From Gracilinanus agilis (Eukaryota), in NCBI RefSeq assembly GCF_016433145.1, contig NC_058134.1:281902518-281966517 (forward strand): 64,000 nt of DNA. The letters run 5' to 3'. How positions within the stretch are numbered: position 1 is the first letter of the stretch; each line of letters starts with the position of its first letter. Under the pieces are notes generated by a model. It did no database searches, was not told where the DNA came from, and saw nothing but the letters and a program-made list of their open reading frames with translations. Shown here piece after piece: positions 1-25,926 of the stretch. The translations under genes were made by a program, and so were the position numbers.

Positions 1-170
1 CCCCAGCCACACCGGGGCATTAGCGAGGCCCTAGGTGGGGCGGCCCGCCGCCGCCGCCGCCGCTCCGGGCAGTTAGGCGCCAGCGGGAGGAGGCCGCCCT
101 GGCCCCCAGCCTCCAGCCGCCCATCACAGCGCGCGTGCGCGCGCGCGCGCGGAGACACCGGTTGCCAAAC

Positions 171-179
171 ATTGCATCA
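171..179 (+). promoter_or_regulatory. AARE / C/EBP-ATF composite site (ATF4) of DDIT3
   Basis: ATTGCATCA within GGTTGCCAAACATTGCATCAT, matching the known human CHOP AARE context. Confidence 0.85.
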
Positions 180-314
180 TCTCCGCCCTCCTTCCCTTTC
201 CTTCCCTTCCCTACCCTATCTCCCTCCCTCTCCCGGCCCCACAGCCCCCCTCCCGCTCCCTTTCCATCTGCTCCCCTCCTCTCGTCCCCGCGCGCGTGCA
301 CGTGCGCGCACGTA

Positions 315-321
315 TGACTCA
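315..321 (+). promoter_or_regulatory. AP-1 site of DDIT3 promoter
   Basis: TGACTCA lying between the AARE and ERSE, the same order as in human CHOP. Confidence 0.7.
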
Positions 322-462
322 CCCAGCTCCCCAGAGCCTCGTGACCCGAAGCCACTTCCGGGTCCAACGCGACTTCTACCCCAGCTAGGAGTGGGGCTGG
401 TGAGGGGGGCCGAGGAGTTCCTGAGTGGCGGAGGCCGGGGGGCGGGGCGGGGCCGAGGCTGG

Positions 463-481
463 CGTGCCCCTCTCCTATTGG
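463..481 (-). promoter_or_regulatory. ERSE (NF-Y/ATF6) of DDIT3
   Basis: Minus strand reads CCAAT-AGGAGAGGG-GCACG, i.e. CCAAT-N9-GCACG, the CHOP-type ERSE. Confidence 0.8.
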
Positions 482-529
482 CTAGCGTCTCAACGCCCCC
501 GCCTCTCCCCAGGAGGAGGGCAGGACCGC

Positions 530-536
530 TTTAAAA
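530..536 (+). promoter_or_regulatory. TATA-like box of DDIT3
   Basis: TTTAAAA ~25-30 nt upstream of GAGGTCAGA (559), which resembles the human DDIT3 mRNA start. Confidence 0.6.
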
Positions 537-592
537 GGCTCGGAGCCCAGGCCTTGCCGAGGTCAGACACTAGAGTACCAGACAAAGGATAG

Positions 593-1851
593 ATGATGAT
601 GAAGATGTTCTGGTGGCTGCGGCAAAGCCAGAAACAGAGCCGGGACCCGAGGAGAAAGGCGAGTGTCAGCCCCTATCTGCTCCCTTCCCAAAATTAGGGA
701 CCCCACTCGCTCCCCAGGGGCTACGCCCCTAAAACGTGGACTCCCCCCCAAGGGCCTTTCTGACCTTAAAGCCCAAGATCCTAAAAAAGTCAGGGTCCCG
801 CGGAGTTCACCCACCACAGAGACGTGGACTCCTCGTGGCTTAGCACCCCCTTCTCCGGAAGGACAACCCCGCCTCCCCCAAGTCTGAGCCTGTGGGCTGC
901 TGCTGCTCCCCTCGGTTCCCTAGGGACTGGCTGGGGCGGGGAGGAAACTGCCCGGGTGGAGGGGGGACTGTCACCGCGCATGCGACCAATCACGGTGAGA
1001 AGGGGTAGGAGCCCTTCCCTCAACCGTGGGTGTTGGGGACACAGATGCTTTCACCCCTTGGCTCCTTGGGCCCTCCTTCCAGCTAAGGATGGATTTTAGG
1101 AATGAGGGACACAATGGAAGGTGGAAGGGAGCGATTTTCTCTTCCCCCAGCTTAGGAGCCGAATGAGTGGAGCACAGCTATTTCTCCACTTTGAGGAGCC
1201 CCAAAGGCCATCCTTGGTACAATGCACTTCTAGCAACCTAGAATTTGTTTGCATCCCCTCCAGCCAGTGGCCCTTTCCATACAGCTCTATGTAACCATTG
1301 CATCAGGCCAACCCCCTTCCTGACTCTGGAGCCCTCTGGCCTGGGGCCTCACTGCTGATGAAAGCCCAGTCCTGTATGCAGGAAGGCAAGGTGTCCCAAG
1401 GGGGATGACAGCCCAGCAGAGAAATACTGGGGGGGTATTGCATCTGCAGCCTCCTGGGATCTTTGAAGCTGCTGCTGCTTGCCACCTCTGGGCTGCAGCT
1501 GTCCCTGCCCTGTAGGGGACAGAGCATCAGGAAAGTGCCAGTCCAGGCCCTTCTCCAGCAATTAATTGTGGCCTGATTTGAACAGTAAGGCAGCTATGGT
1601 TGTCTGAGACTTGCTATCAGGCTGACAAACATGAGCAACTAGAAATGAAGGGAATTGGCTCTTCCTTGATTCCTACCTTCCTTGGGAAAGGGCAGATGAA
1701 CTCTTAACTGCCAGAATAGCTCTCAGACAACTTCCAGATTGAGAAGGCAGTAAAGTATAGGAAGTGTTTTCCCAATGAACTAATCTCTTTTTCTCTCTGC
1801 CCCCTACAGTGTTCCAGAAGAAAGTCTATCTTCATACATCATCATACCTGA
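593..1851 (+). CDS. DDIT3 upstream ORF, 35 aa, join(593..658,1810..1851)
   Basis: MMMKMFWWLRQSQKQSRDPRRKCSRRKSIFIHHHT*, homologous to the human CHOP uORF (...RRECSRRKCIFIHHHT). Donor AAG|GCGAGT, acceptor CTACAG|. Confidence 0.85.
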
Positions 1852-2247
1852 GAGCAGGTAAATTTGACCAGGCCTTTCTCCCTAATCTTCAAGAATATCT
1901 ATGGGCTTGCTTTAAGGGTGTCTTGGAATCAGGGCATCTTTAAGGGTTGGATCAGCTCATTTTCCTGGCCTGGGCCTCCCAAGTTGTCTAACTTGATGCT
2001 TTTTGATGACCCTTTGCTGATTTTTATTCGGAAGCAACTGGGATATCTTTCCTCCTGACTACAATTAGGGTTCCAGCTTCTGGTGGTGAGGGTAGCACAA
2101 ATGGCATCTTTCTGGAACACAACCCTATCTTCTTCCATAAAGTACTATACAAATGTCAAGGTATTATCAGGAATGAGAATTTGCCCAACCATTTTGTGAA
2201 GTATCCTCATTGCAACACTCTTTCCCCAGAGTCTGATCTAACCAGAG

Positions 2248-2939
2248 ATGGCAGCTGAACCACTGCCCTTCTCCTTTGGGACGCTGTCTAGCTGGGAGCT
2301 AGAGGCCTGGTATGAGGACCTGCAAGAGGTGTTGTCCTCCGAAGAGAACGGAGGGGCATATGTCCAACCCCCTGAAACAGAACAGGTAAAGTCTTCAAAA
2401 GCAGCTTCCCTGCTAAAACCCTGAGGTAGGGGATATGCTTATTATTTCCATGGTAGAGATGAGGAGACTGACCAGACCCAGGTCTTTGATTCTAAGATGG
2501 GGGTGTTTTCTGGCATATAGAAAATTGTATCACACTAACTTTTCCATCCCTGTAGGAAGAACTGAAAACGTTTACCACTCTTGACCCAGCTTCCTTGGTC
2601 TGGCTGGCTGAGGAGCCTGGGCCAGTGGGAATCACAACTAATGGCCAAAGCCCATGCTCTCCTGAATCCAGCCAAAGCTCGCTGGCCCAGGAAGAGGAAG
2701 AGGAGGAACAGGGGGAACAAGGAAGAGGAAGAAATAGGAAACGGAGGAGGAGTGAGCAATCCCCAGCCCGAGGTCGGAAGCAAAGTGTGAAAGAAAAGGA
2801 ACAAGAGAACGAACGAAAGGTGGCTCATCTGGAGGCAGAGAATGAGCGCCTGAAGCGAGAGATCGAACGATTGACCAGGGAGGTGGACGTGACCCGCCAG
2901 GCCCTCATTGACCGCATGGTCAGTCTGCCACGGTCATGA
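2248..2939 (+). CDS. DDIT3: DNA damage-inducible transcript 3 (CHOP/GADD153), 173 aa, join(2248..2385,2556..2939)
   Basis: [31 protein letters not shown]... plus bZIP ([32 protein letters not shown]). GT-AG intron in phase 0. Non-coding exons ~559-658 and 1810-1857; exon 3 starts at 2230. Confidence 0.97.
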
Positions 2940-3077
2940 TGGCCAGACCATGGGGCCCTGAACTCTGCTTTCCAGCACGTCCCCTTCCCCAGGAGAAGGG
3001 CTGCCCCAGATGCCAAGCAGCAACCACTGAGGGAGCTGCAAAGGGAAGGCTCCCACTTTATGTACAGAGATGATGTA

Positions 3078-3083
3078 TTTATT
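3078..3083 (-). terminator. MARS1 polyadenylation signal AATAAA
   Basis: TTTATT on plus, ~73 nt downstream of the MARS1 stop. Confidence 0.75.
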
Positions 3084-3104
3084 ATAGCCTAGCTAGCCCA
3101 TTAC

Positions 3105-3110
3105 ATTAAA
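3105..3110 (+). terminator. DDIT3 polyadenylation signal ATTAAA
   Basis: First hexamer downstream of the DDIT3 stop, at a plausible distance. Confidence 0.65.
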
Positions 3111-3155
3111 ACCATTTGTACTGAAGCACATTCATGTGATGTCTGTGGCTCTCCC

Positions 3156-18146
<14,991 letters not shown>

Positions 18147-18165
18147 TCTGCCTCCGCGCAGCCGC

Positions 18166-18174
18166 TGATGCAAC
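18166..18174 (+). promoter_or_regulatory. C/EBP-ATF response element (CARE) at MARS1 5' end
   Basis: TGATGCAAC matches TGATGxAAx, 20 nt upstream of the MARS1 ATG. Aminoacyl-tRNA synthetase genes are established ATF4 targets. Confidence 0.7.
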
Positions 18175-18662
18175 AGGAACCGGTTTGCCCGCCCCTCGCC
18201 CTCCTGCCTCTGCAGACCCACTAGTCTGTCACCGCGCTGCACGCTGGGAAGTGGAGTCTCCGAGCTATCCGCTCCTCAGGTCACCCGAGTGAGCGAAGAC
18301 TCTGTCTCCCACAATGCATCGCAAAGGAAGCGGAAGAAGTTGCTCCGAAATGATAAAGATGAAGGTTGGTGCTAGAGGGGCCCATTTCTTTCCGCCAGTT
18401 TTTCCCCACCTTTAAACCTCTGTTGTCAACCAGCAGAGACCGGGCCTTTGTATGCTCAGGAGACGCACCATTGCTGGCACTTCATTCCACCCCATAAGCA
18501 TTTCTAACAGGATTTTTATGGAAACCCTCTTTCCTTAAACTGTTACTCGACTCCTTACATTATTAATTTTTATCATCCCGAGTTCTAAGGCAATCCAAGG
18601 GTATGTTTGGATATTTTCTCACTAATCAATAAAATGACAACCTTTCTTATTGATTAATCCAT

Positions 18663-18797
18663 CCTGGGTTCAAATTTGACCTCAGACACTTCCTAGCTGT
18701 GTGAGCTTGGGCAAGTCACTTTAACCCCCATTGCCTTTTCTGTTCTTCCTTGGAACCAATTTAATCTAAGATGGAAGTAAGAGTTAAAAAAAAAAAT
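18663..18797 (+). mobile_element. 5'-truncated SINE1_Mdo-like SINE
   Basis: Core, tail and polyA. Confidence 0.75.
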
Positions 18798-20214
18798 TTG
18801 ATACTGACTATACTTGATTAACAAGGTAATCAATAGCAAAAACAATTAGCTATTACTACATTTTTATCTGTGACAAAGGACAGCTACCTTTAATTGTCAT
18901 TGAACTGAAGTTGACTTCTGAGAACACAGTCTTACCATTTAGTTCCCTCAGGATACCATGCAAAGTCTTTTTTCAAAGATTCTTTCTACCCCCTTCTCAA
19001 AAAGATTAGAGGGGAAAAGGCCTTCCAACTTCTACCTTTCTGTCATTTCCACTTTCTCTGGAACTACAACTATCTTTTCTCAGTCATTCAGAAAACCTGC
19101 CAAAACACAATTCTCATTAGTTAACAGTTAAAAACTATCACTTTCCAAGCTTCCTTACCAGTTAAAGAGAGAGTAACAATAAAGGATGGCCTCTACAAGA
19201 GAGAATTTTAAAACAGAGGTATATTGCTTCCCAAAGCCAAAAAATTTTGGTTCCCTGAAAATCACCTGGGAGTATCTATCAAATCCACATTAATGTTAAA
19301 TACAATCCACCTATAATGCAAAACCCCACTTCTGTAAATAAGGAAGAAGCCTATACAACACTAGTAATAATAATAATAATAATAGCTAAATGAAACTTAA
19401 GTGTTTTACCATAATGGGAGGATTAGTGTGGAGGGAAGAAAGAGAGGGGGAGGGAGAGAGAGAGAAGAGACATTGACAGTAACATGGGGGTATGACAACA
19501 GCATATGAAGACGAAATGAGAGGGAAGGGTGAACATTCAGTCTTTTTCTTAGAAATTCATTCCCATTGTACATTTTATCAGTTCATCATTTCCATCGTGA
19601 TAAAGTAATTAAGCCTCAAAATTAACAATCTTTGCTTAGTATCTTCAGGTTTTTTTTTTTATCCTGGTAAATTAATACTGAGAGGTGGATATATTAGATA
19701 CCATTTTAAATTTGTCATATCAGTTAATGATTCACCGTAGAAACTGTTTCAGTGAATCAAAAGGAGAGGGGATGAGAAAAATTAATACTATGTTCTATGT
19801 ATTAAGATCCATCCTTTTCCCTATTTGGTAAGACCTCACTTTCTCCCAGTCTAAGCTAACCAGGCAATTTCTGAAGGGTGTGATTGAATGATGTGATCAT
19901 TCCCAACCCCCAAGACATCTGCTCATTCACCAGCTTGGGCTGGGCCCCTCCAAAGTGGGGCCTTGGCTTCTCTTTACCCTATAACTAGAGAATCAGCTTT
20001 GACTAGGCCCAGGGCACAAGTTTCTTCTTGCCTTTTCTTTCATCAAATTATGGGGTGACTTGATCTATAAGGGGAGACCTGATTGGGGGGGAAGAAGGAC
20101 CTGATCGATGTGGCTTTTATAAAGCAACTGGCTTTCCTTAAGTGTATGGTAAATGGGGTATTCAGGGAGGACTAGCCCTTTTAGTGTGAGGCCTTTCTGG
20201 GGCTGTTCTTCTAA

Positions 20215-20645
20215 CTTTGGTATCCAACTGTCACTCAACTCTCACCTGTGGCTCCAAGAACCTGTCACAGCAGCTACATCTCAGCAGATGACCTAAAACA
20301 GGTTGAGGATACCTTTTGGTGAGTTAGAGGGATGTCTACCCCAAGCCTGTGAAGACTTTCCCTGCAGAATGAACTCATGAGAACAAGTTGTTCCAATGGC
20401 CATGAATGTAGCTGAAGCAGGCACTGTAGATAGATTAGAACTCAGTCAGACATTGAAGATGCCAAGGTCATCTACTGCATCCTGGGTGGTCTCAACTTTT
20501 GTCCTGCCACTAGACTTTAATGACTCTGGAAGAGACAGTGAGACGGAGAAGTCTGTGCAACTCTACCTCACTTAAATCCAATTCATGTGCAAGACATCAT
20601 CTTATGATGTCATTGATCCTCTTCAAAAACAAGGACAAACAACAA
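20215..20645 (+). mobile_element. Old RTE-related SINE/LINE fragment (WALLSI4/RTESINE-like)
   Basis: CACTTAAATCCAATTCA...GTCATTGATCCTCTTC...GGACAAACAACAA tail; a related antisense fragment lies at ~30270-30450. Confidence 0.55.
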
Positions 20646-20689
20646 TGAGCTAAATGTAATTCTAACCACTATATATAATTCAACAATGA

Positions 20690-21740
20690 ATTAAATCTAG
20701 CTTAAGAGTAACAGATCACACAACAGCATAATTTAATCTATTTTATAGGTTCGGTGGTTCCAATTCTTTTATAATCTAAACTAAAGCAAAATACTATACT
20801 TGGAAAAGAATTCTTTAATTTAACAAGAACTTTTGGAAAAGTTTGATGGCAATCTGTCAGAAAATTTTCTTTAGATTCACTTATACTATAAAGCACTTCA
20901 AGTTACAAATGGATAAATAAACAAACTAAAGAAAAAATATCCCACTAGTAAAAGAATAAAAGGGAATGATGGCTTATATCTCTCAGAATCATGGGGACAG
21001 CATGAATTTGCAGTCAGCTGTTACATAAAGGTATCAGAAAAGGCAAAATAGTCTACATTGGTTATAGAAACCTAAGAATCTTTTGCACAAAGACAATAAA
21101 TGTATCTATAACAAAAAGAAAACATATAGCCTGGGAAAACATTTGTATAAGATATCTGAAAAAGCATGCAAAGTCTACATACAGGAAAGTGATAAAAATC
21201 TATCAGATAAATCTACCAGATAAACAAAATAGTTTGCAAAGAGAGAGACAGACTATTAATAACTTTCCAAAAGCTATTTAAACCAGGGGCAGCTAGCCAG
21301 CTCAGTCGATTGGGAGACAGGCCTAGAGATGGGAGGTCCTATGTTTAAATATGACCTTAGACCCTTCCTAGCTGTGTGACCCTGGACAAGTCACTTAATT
21401 CCCACTGCCTAGCCCTTACTGCTCTTCCACCTTGGAACTAATACAGAGTATTGATTCTAAGGCAGAAGGTGGAAGGTAAGGGTTTAAAACAAAAGTTATT
21501 TAAATCAGCAGTAAATCACTAATTCGAAAGAGGCAAATTAAATAAATTGAGATATTAACTTCTTTCTATCAAAGTGGCAAAGATGATAAAATATGGAAAA
21601 ATTCAATATTAGAAGGGACATTAAAAATGGCATACTAATTCACTCTATAGAGCTGGGAATTGATCTACCTATTCTAGAAAATGATTTGGAATCGCCCATG
21701 AAATGTGACAGAATGGTTCATTGCTTTTGATCTTGGTATC
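20690..21740 (+). mobile_element. Old L1 ORF2 fragment interrupted by a SINE
   Basis: A-rich L1-like sequence. Confidence 0.55.
21286..21490 (+). mobile_element. SINE1_Mdo-like SINE
   Basis: Full length; TSD ~AAAAG(C/T)TATTTAAA(C/T)CA. Confidence 0.88.
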
Positions 21741-21741
21741 C

Positions 21742-22188
21742 TGTTGTTATGAGGTGGGCTAGTGAGAGATTTTTTTTTTTTTAAGAGAGAATTGCTCATT
21801 CCAATAAATATTGAAATTCTGGAAGCCAGTTTTAAATAATTCAGGAGTCTATACTATGGAGTGATTTTTTTTTTTAAAGGCTGTCTGATTGGTTTTGAGC
21901 CAGTATAGCGCTTAGCTAAAAGTTTGGCTTATAGAAGTTTGTTTTTTTCTTCTTGGGGCCTCAAAAGATCAGAGGTGCCATGGGGGGTTCCTCCAGCAAC
22001 TAGAATCAGTAGCAGACACTACTTGATCTAGCAGTGACAATTAAACTCCTGTGGCAAAAAATCACTGCCGAAGTCAATGTGTTTCTTGAGCCAACCCAGT
22101 AATGGATTGTGCACCCTGAAGCAAACTTGGTAGGTAATGTCAAAGGGGAAAACAGAACACCCCTGAGGTGCAGGAGGTATGAGGTATT

Positions 22189-22239
<51 letters not shown>

Positions 22240-22634
22240 TATGTGTGTGCCTACAAGCTGGAGAGTGTGAGAGAGGGAAGATTGAAGAAGCCAATCACAC
22301 TTCAGGTTGCTAAAGGAAAAGATTCTGGGAAGACATAAGAGGACCTGACAGGTTCCATCAAATGCCATTTCACTAGAAACTTCAGGGAATTTCCCTTTAG
22401 GTAAGATCTAGGACTCTTTATGTTGGGTGAGCTGAATTACCTGGATACCAAAAGAAAAGCTCTTTCTGTTGTCTGCCCTTCTCCTATACAATTTGGATAA
22501 ATGGATTTCTTTGCTACTTGTTATGTGTATTCATTGTGGAACTGGTATTGGATGGGAAAGGGATAAGCTTTGGATATAGAGCTTGAGATCAAATCAGAAG
22601 TTAAATTGAACCTGATCACATTCCCCAGCCAACA
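21742..22634. mobile_element. LTR-like element with internal (TG)n
   Basis: TGTT...AACA termini and LTR-like composition; TSD not confirmed. Confidence 0.4.
22194..22238. repeat. (TG)n microsatellite
   Basis: ~22 perfect units. Confidence 0.97.
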
Positions 22635-22641
22635 GTATTTA

Positions 22642-23093
22642 TTTATTTGTTTGTTTGTTTGTTTATTTGTCTGTTTGCTTGTTTATTTATTTGTTTGTTT
22701 GTTTGTTTGTTTGTTTGTTTAATTTTAAACCCTTAACTTCTGTGTATTGACTTATAGGTGGAAGAGTGGTAAGGGTAGGCAATGGGGGTCAAGTGACTTG
22801 CCCAGGGTCACACAGCTGGGAAGTGTCTGAGGCCGGATTTGAACCTAGGACCTCCCATCTCCAGGACTGGCTCTCAATCCACTGAGCTACCCAGCTGCCC
22901 CCTTATTTTTTTTTTTTAAACCCTTAACTTCTGTGTATTGGCTCCTAGGTGGAAGAGTGGTAAGGGTGGGCAATGGGGGTCAAGTGACTTGCCCAGGGTC
23001 ACACAGGTGGGATGTGTCTGAGGCTGTATTTGAACCTAGGACCTCCAGTCTCTAGGCCTGCCTCTCAATCCACTGAGCTACCCAGTTACCCCC
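22642..23093 (-). mobile_element. Tandem dimer of young SINE1_Mdo-variant SINEs with (AAAC/AAAT)n tail
   Basis: Units at 22721-22901 and 22907-23093; one 13-bp TSD CCAACAGTATTTA flanks both. Confidence 0.85.
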
Positions 23094-24354
23094 CCAACAG
23101 TATTTAAAGGAGCATATTGATATAATTCTAGCCTGGCACCTTTTTTTTTTTTCTCCTGAAGAAATCAGAGTGGCTTCCAACTACAACTTCCTGCACCTCC
23201 TTCTGAGAATTGATCTAATTAATTAATTAAAATCTCTCTTGGAGAAGGAAGGTAGAGAAAAAACTAGCAATTATTTTCCTATGCTATAAAGTTGGAGCTG
23301 GGGAGTAGGAAGAGATTAGTGAACAACAGATGGCTATTTCTCCCATGATGCCCCTCTTCAGGTATCAGGGGAGAATAGGCTTCTTGGTTCTAGCAGGGGG
23401 AGATATTTTTGCAGCTATTATCCTTGCTATATCTTTTTATATCAGTACACATTCCTATGTGAGAACTAATTGATGTCTTCTGGCTGATTAATATGAGGGA
23501 ACACACTGGATAGGGGCTTATGAGTGGTATTAGAAGCTATGACTTTTCAGCAATAACCCCAGAATGCTGAGGAGAATAGTCAGCTGCCATCTGAGGACTT
23601 AATCTGCCAGTATTTACCAGAGTTTAGGAAAGTATCCCTAAAGGGATTTCTATACCACTCTAAGGTTTAAGTCCACAGGAGGTTATTGACAATAAGAAAA
23701 AAGTACAAATATTCATATAAATAGTATTTGGTAGAGCAGAACAATCCCACATAAAACCTGGAAACAAATAATATACTTCACAATTGTGTAATAACTGACC
23801 AAACTATGGCTATATCAATGTGACAATAATATCACATAAAATAAAGACCAAGGAATATGAAGAACTCCAAGAAATATGAGATTTGTATGAAGTAATGCAG
23901 TAATTGAAGCACAAACCATTTAACAATCTGTACAGCTGCTCCAACTACCAAAAGAAAGGCTATTAAAAATTATTTTAAGTAGATTTTTAAAAATTACACA
24001 GTTTGTACTACTACATGAAGCATACAAGCCACCTTTCTTTTAATGAACAGAAAATTACTTAAATATAACACTTTATAACAACCTTATCAATCACCTTCAT
24101 TCTATTTTTTAAACTTATTTTCAGGGAATGTACATTTTGGTGAATCCATGTATTTAAATATTTAAATATGACCTCCAGTGAAGGGGAACATACTATCTCC
24201 CAAGGCAGCCCATTCCACTTTTAGATAATTCTAATTGTTCAGGCTTTTTAAAAAATTAACATTATATTACATTACAAAGTCCAAAAGCACCATCTTGGGC
24301 AGTCTTTTTCTCTCTGTCTCTGTCTCTGTCTCTCTAGCCTCATCAGGTGCCTTA

Positions 24355-25176
24355 GTTTTAATTATCATCTCTATGCTGATGACTCTCAATATAATGTCCA
24401 GCCCTAGTCTCCCTCCTAACCTCCCAATCCCTTATCATCAAATGCCTGTTGTATGTTTCAACAACGATGTCTCTTTGGCATATCCAACTCATTAAACTTA
24501 TTAAATCCCAAACAAAACTTATCTTGCCCCTAAAATGAACCTCTTTTCTAAACTTACTTTTTTCTGTGGATATAACCATTATCTTTCCCATTACCCAGGC
24601 TCAAACACAACCTCACAGTTATCCTCAACTCCTTACTCAACCTACATACCAGTCACCAAATCTTGTCATTTCTGCCTCCATAGAAGTGTTGACATCTCAT
24701 CTATCCTCTTCTCTCCAATCACAAAGACACTCAAATTTCAACTTTTATCACCTCTTGAGTGGATTATTGCAAAAACATCCTAATTAGGCTCCCTGCCTGA
24801 AATTTCTCCTCATTTTAATTCATGATTCTCCCAACTTTGAAAATTATTTTCCTAGAGGTCCAACTGTATTACTCTCTGCTCTATAAATTCCAGTGGCTCC
24901 TCATTGCTTCAAAGATCAAATATAAACTCCTCTACCATTTAAAGTCCTTAACAACTTGGGCAAAACCTACCTTTCCAGACTTCCCACCATTATTCTCTTT
25001 CATGGTACACTATTGTTCAGCCAAACTGTGGCTCCCATCTCTATGTTGGAACTACCTCTCCCTCTTAGAATCCCCGATTTCCTTTAAGGCTCATCTCAAA
25101 TTCTCCCTCTTAGACTAAATCTTTCCTGATTTCCCTGAAATGCTAGCTCCCCCCTCCCAAATCATCTTGTGGATAT
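24355..25176 (+). mobile_element. L2 LINE ORF2 3' fragment
   Basis: CATCTCTATGCTGATGACTCTC (YADD RT motif) followed by typical C/T-rich L2 sequence. Confidence 0.8.
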
Positions 25177-25926
25177 TGTAGCACCCACAGTCTCTGGAGC
25201 TCCCCTTTCAGACTTCCATTCTCACTAGCAGGACATCAGGGACCAGAGCTTAGTTACAACTGTCTCCTTGGAGTCTAGGAGTTAACTCTGAGGAGCTGGA
25301 GAGGGATCCTATGTCTAATGCTATTACTCACAGACCTCTTTGATTTGCTCCCACATTGATTACTCGTTGATAGCAAGTAGTCATCCAGACTTGATTAGCT
25401 TTTCGAAAGGATTTTTTACAAAGATCCTTTGGTAAGGACACTCAGTACCAATGATCCTTAAAATTCTGTGACATACTCTGCCACCAATTTAGCCAGGAGA
25501 AAGTGGGCTCAAGCTTAGAGATCACATTTGGCAAAGCTCCTGGAAGTCCTTTTGCTAGATAGAGTCTTTAATTTGTTTTCTGTAGCTATGAAGTGATTTT
25601 TCTTCTGGGCTCCTTACTGAATCTTGAATCTGCTTTTCCTCATAGTGTGGTCAGTCCTCAGCTCCCCAGTGCAGCTACTTACAACATTTCCCACTGTTCT
25701 GGGGACAACACTAAGTCTCTGATGGGAAGTCCAAATGTGAAGGTCATAAGGTCCTCCTCTGGCATAAGTAGGAGCTGGGGCCTGGCAGAGGCACAGGTCA
25801 AATAAGTCCCCCTTTCCTCTCCCCTTCTTCCATAGATTCCTCCTTTGGGCCTCGATGGTAGAGCTCTGCTCTAAGCTTCTGTGTGTTTGAATCTTCAGCC
25901 CAGAAAGTCTTAATATTTGATAGACA

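Larger units (their letters stand above)
1..1000. promoter_or_regulatory. CpG island / DDIT3 promoter (probably bidirectional with MBD6, by synteny)
   Basis: Very GC- and CpG-rich, with GGGGCGGGG boxes at ~439-452. The MBD6 link is synteny inference only; no MBD6 coding sequence is visible. Confidence 0.8.

Noticed and set aside
18147-18242. N-terminal extension of MARS1 from an upstream GTG (ORF 17844..18242)
   Set aside because: Non-ATG start with no recognisable homology; the canonical MRLFVS start matches human.
20330-20375. Second twister suggested by CCCAAGC (20340-20346) in the old RTE-related SINE
   Set aside because: No P4 arms, no upstream AAC..GCC and no downstream GGAG-G-A-GGG.
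20483-20491. Perfect GLI-binding consensus (GACCACCCA on minus)
   Set aside because: Lies inside a repeat, and about 0.5 such 9-mers are expected by chance in 64 kb.
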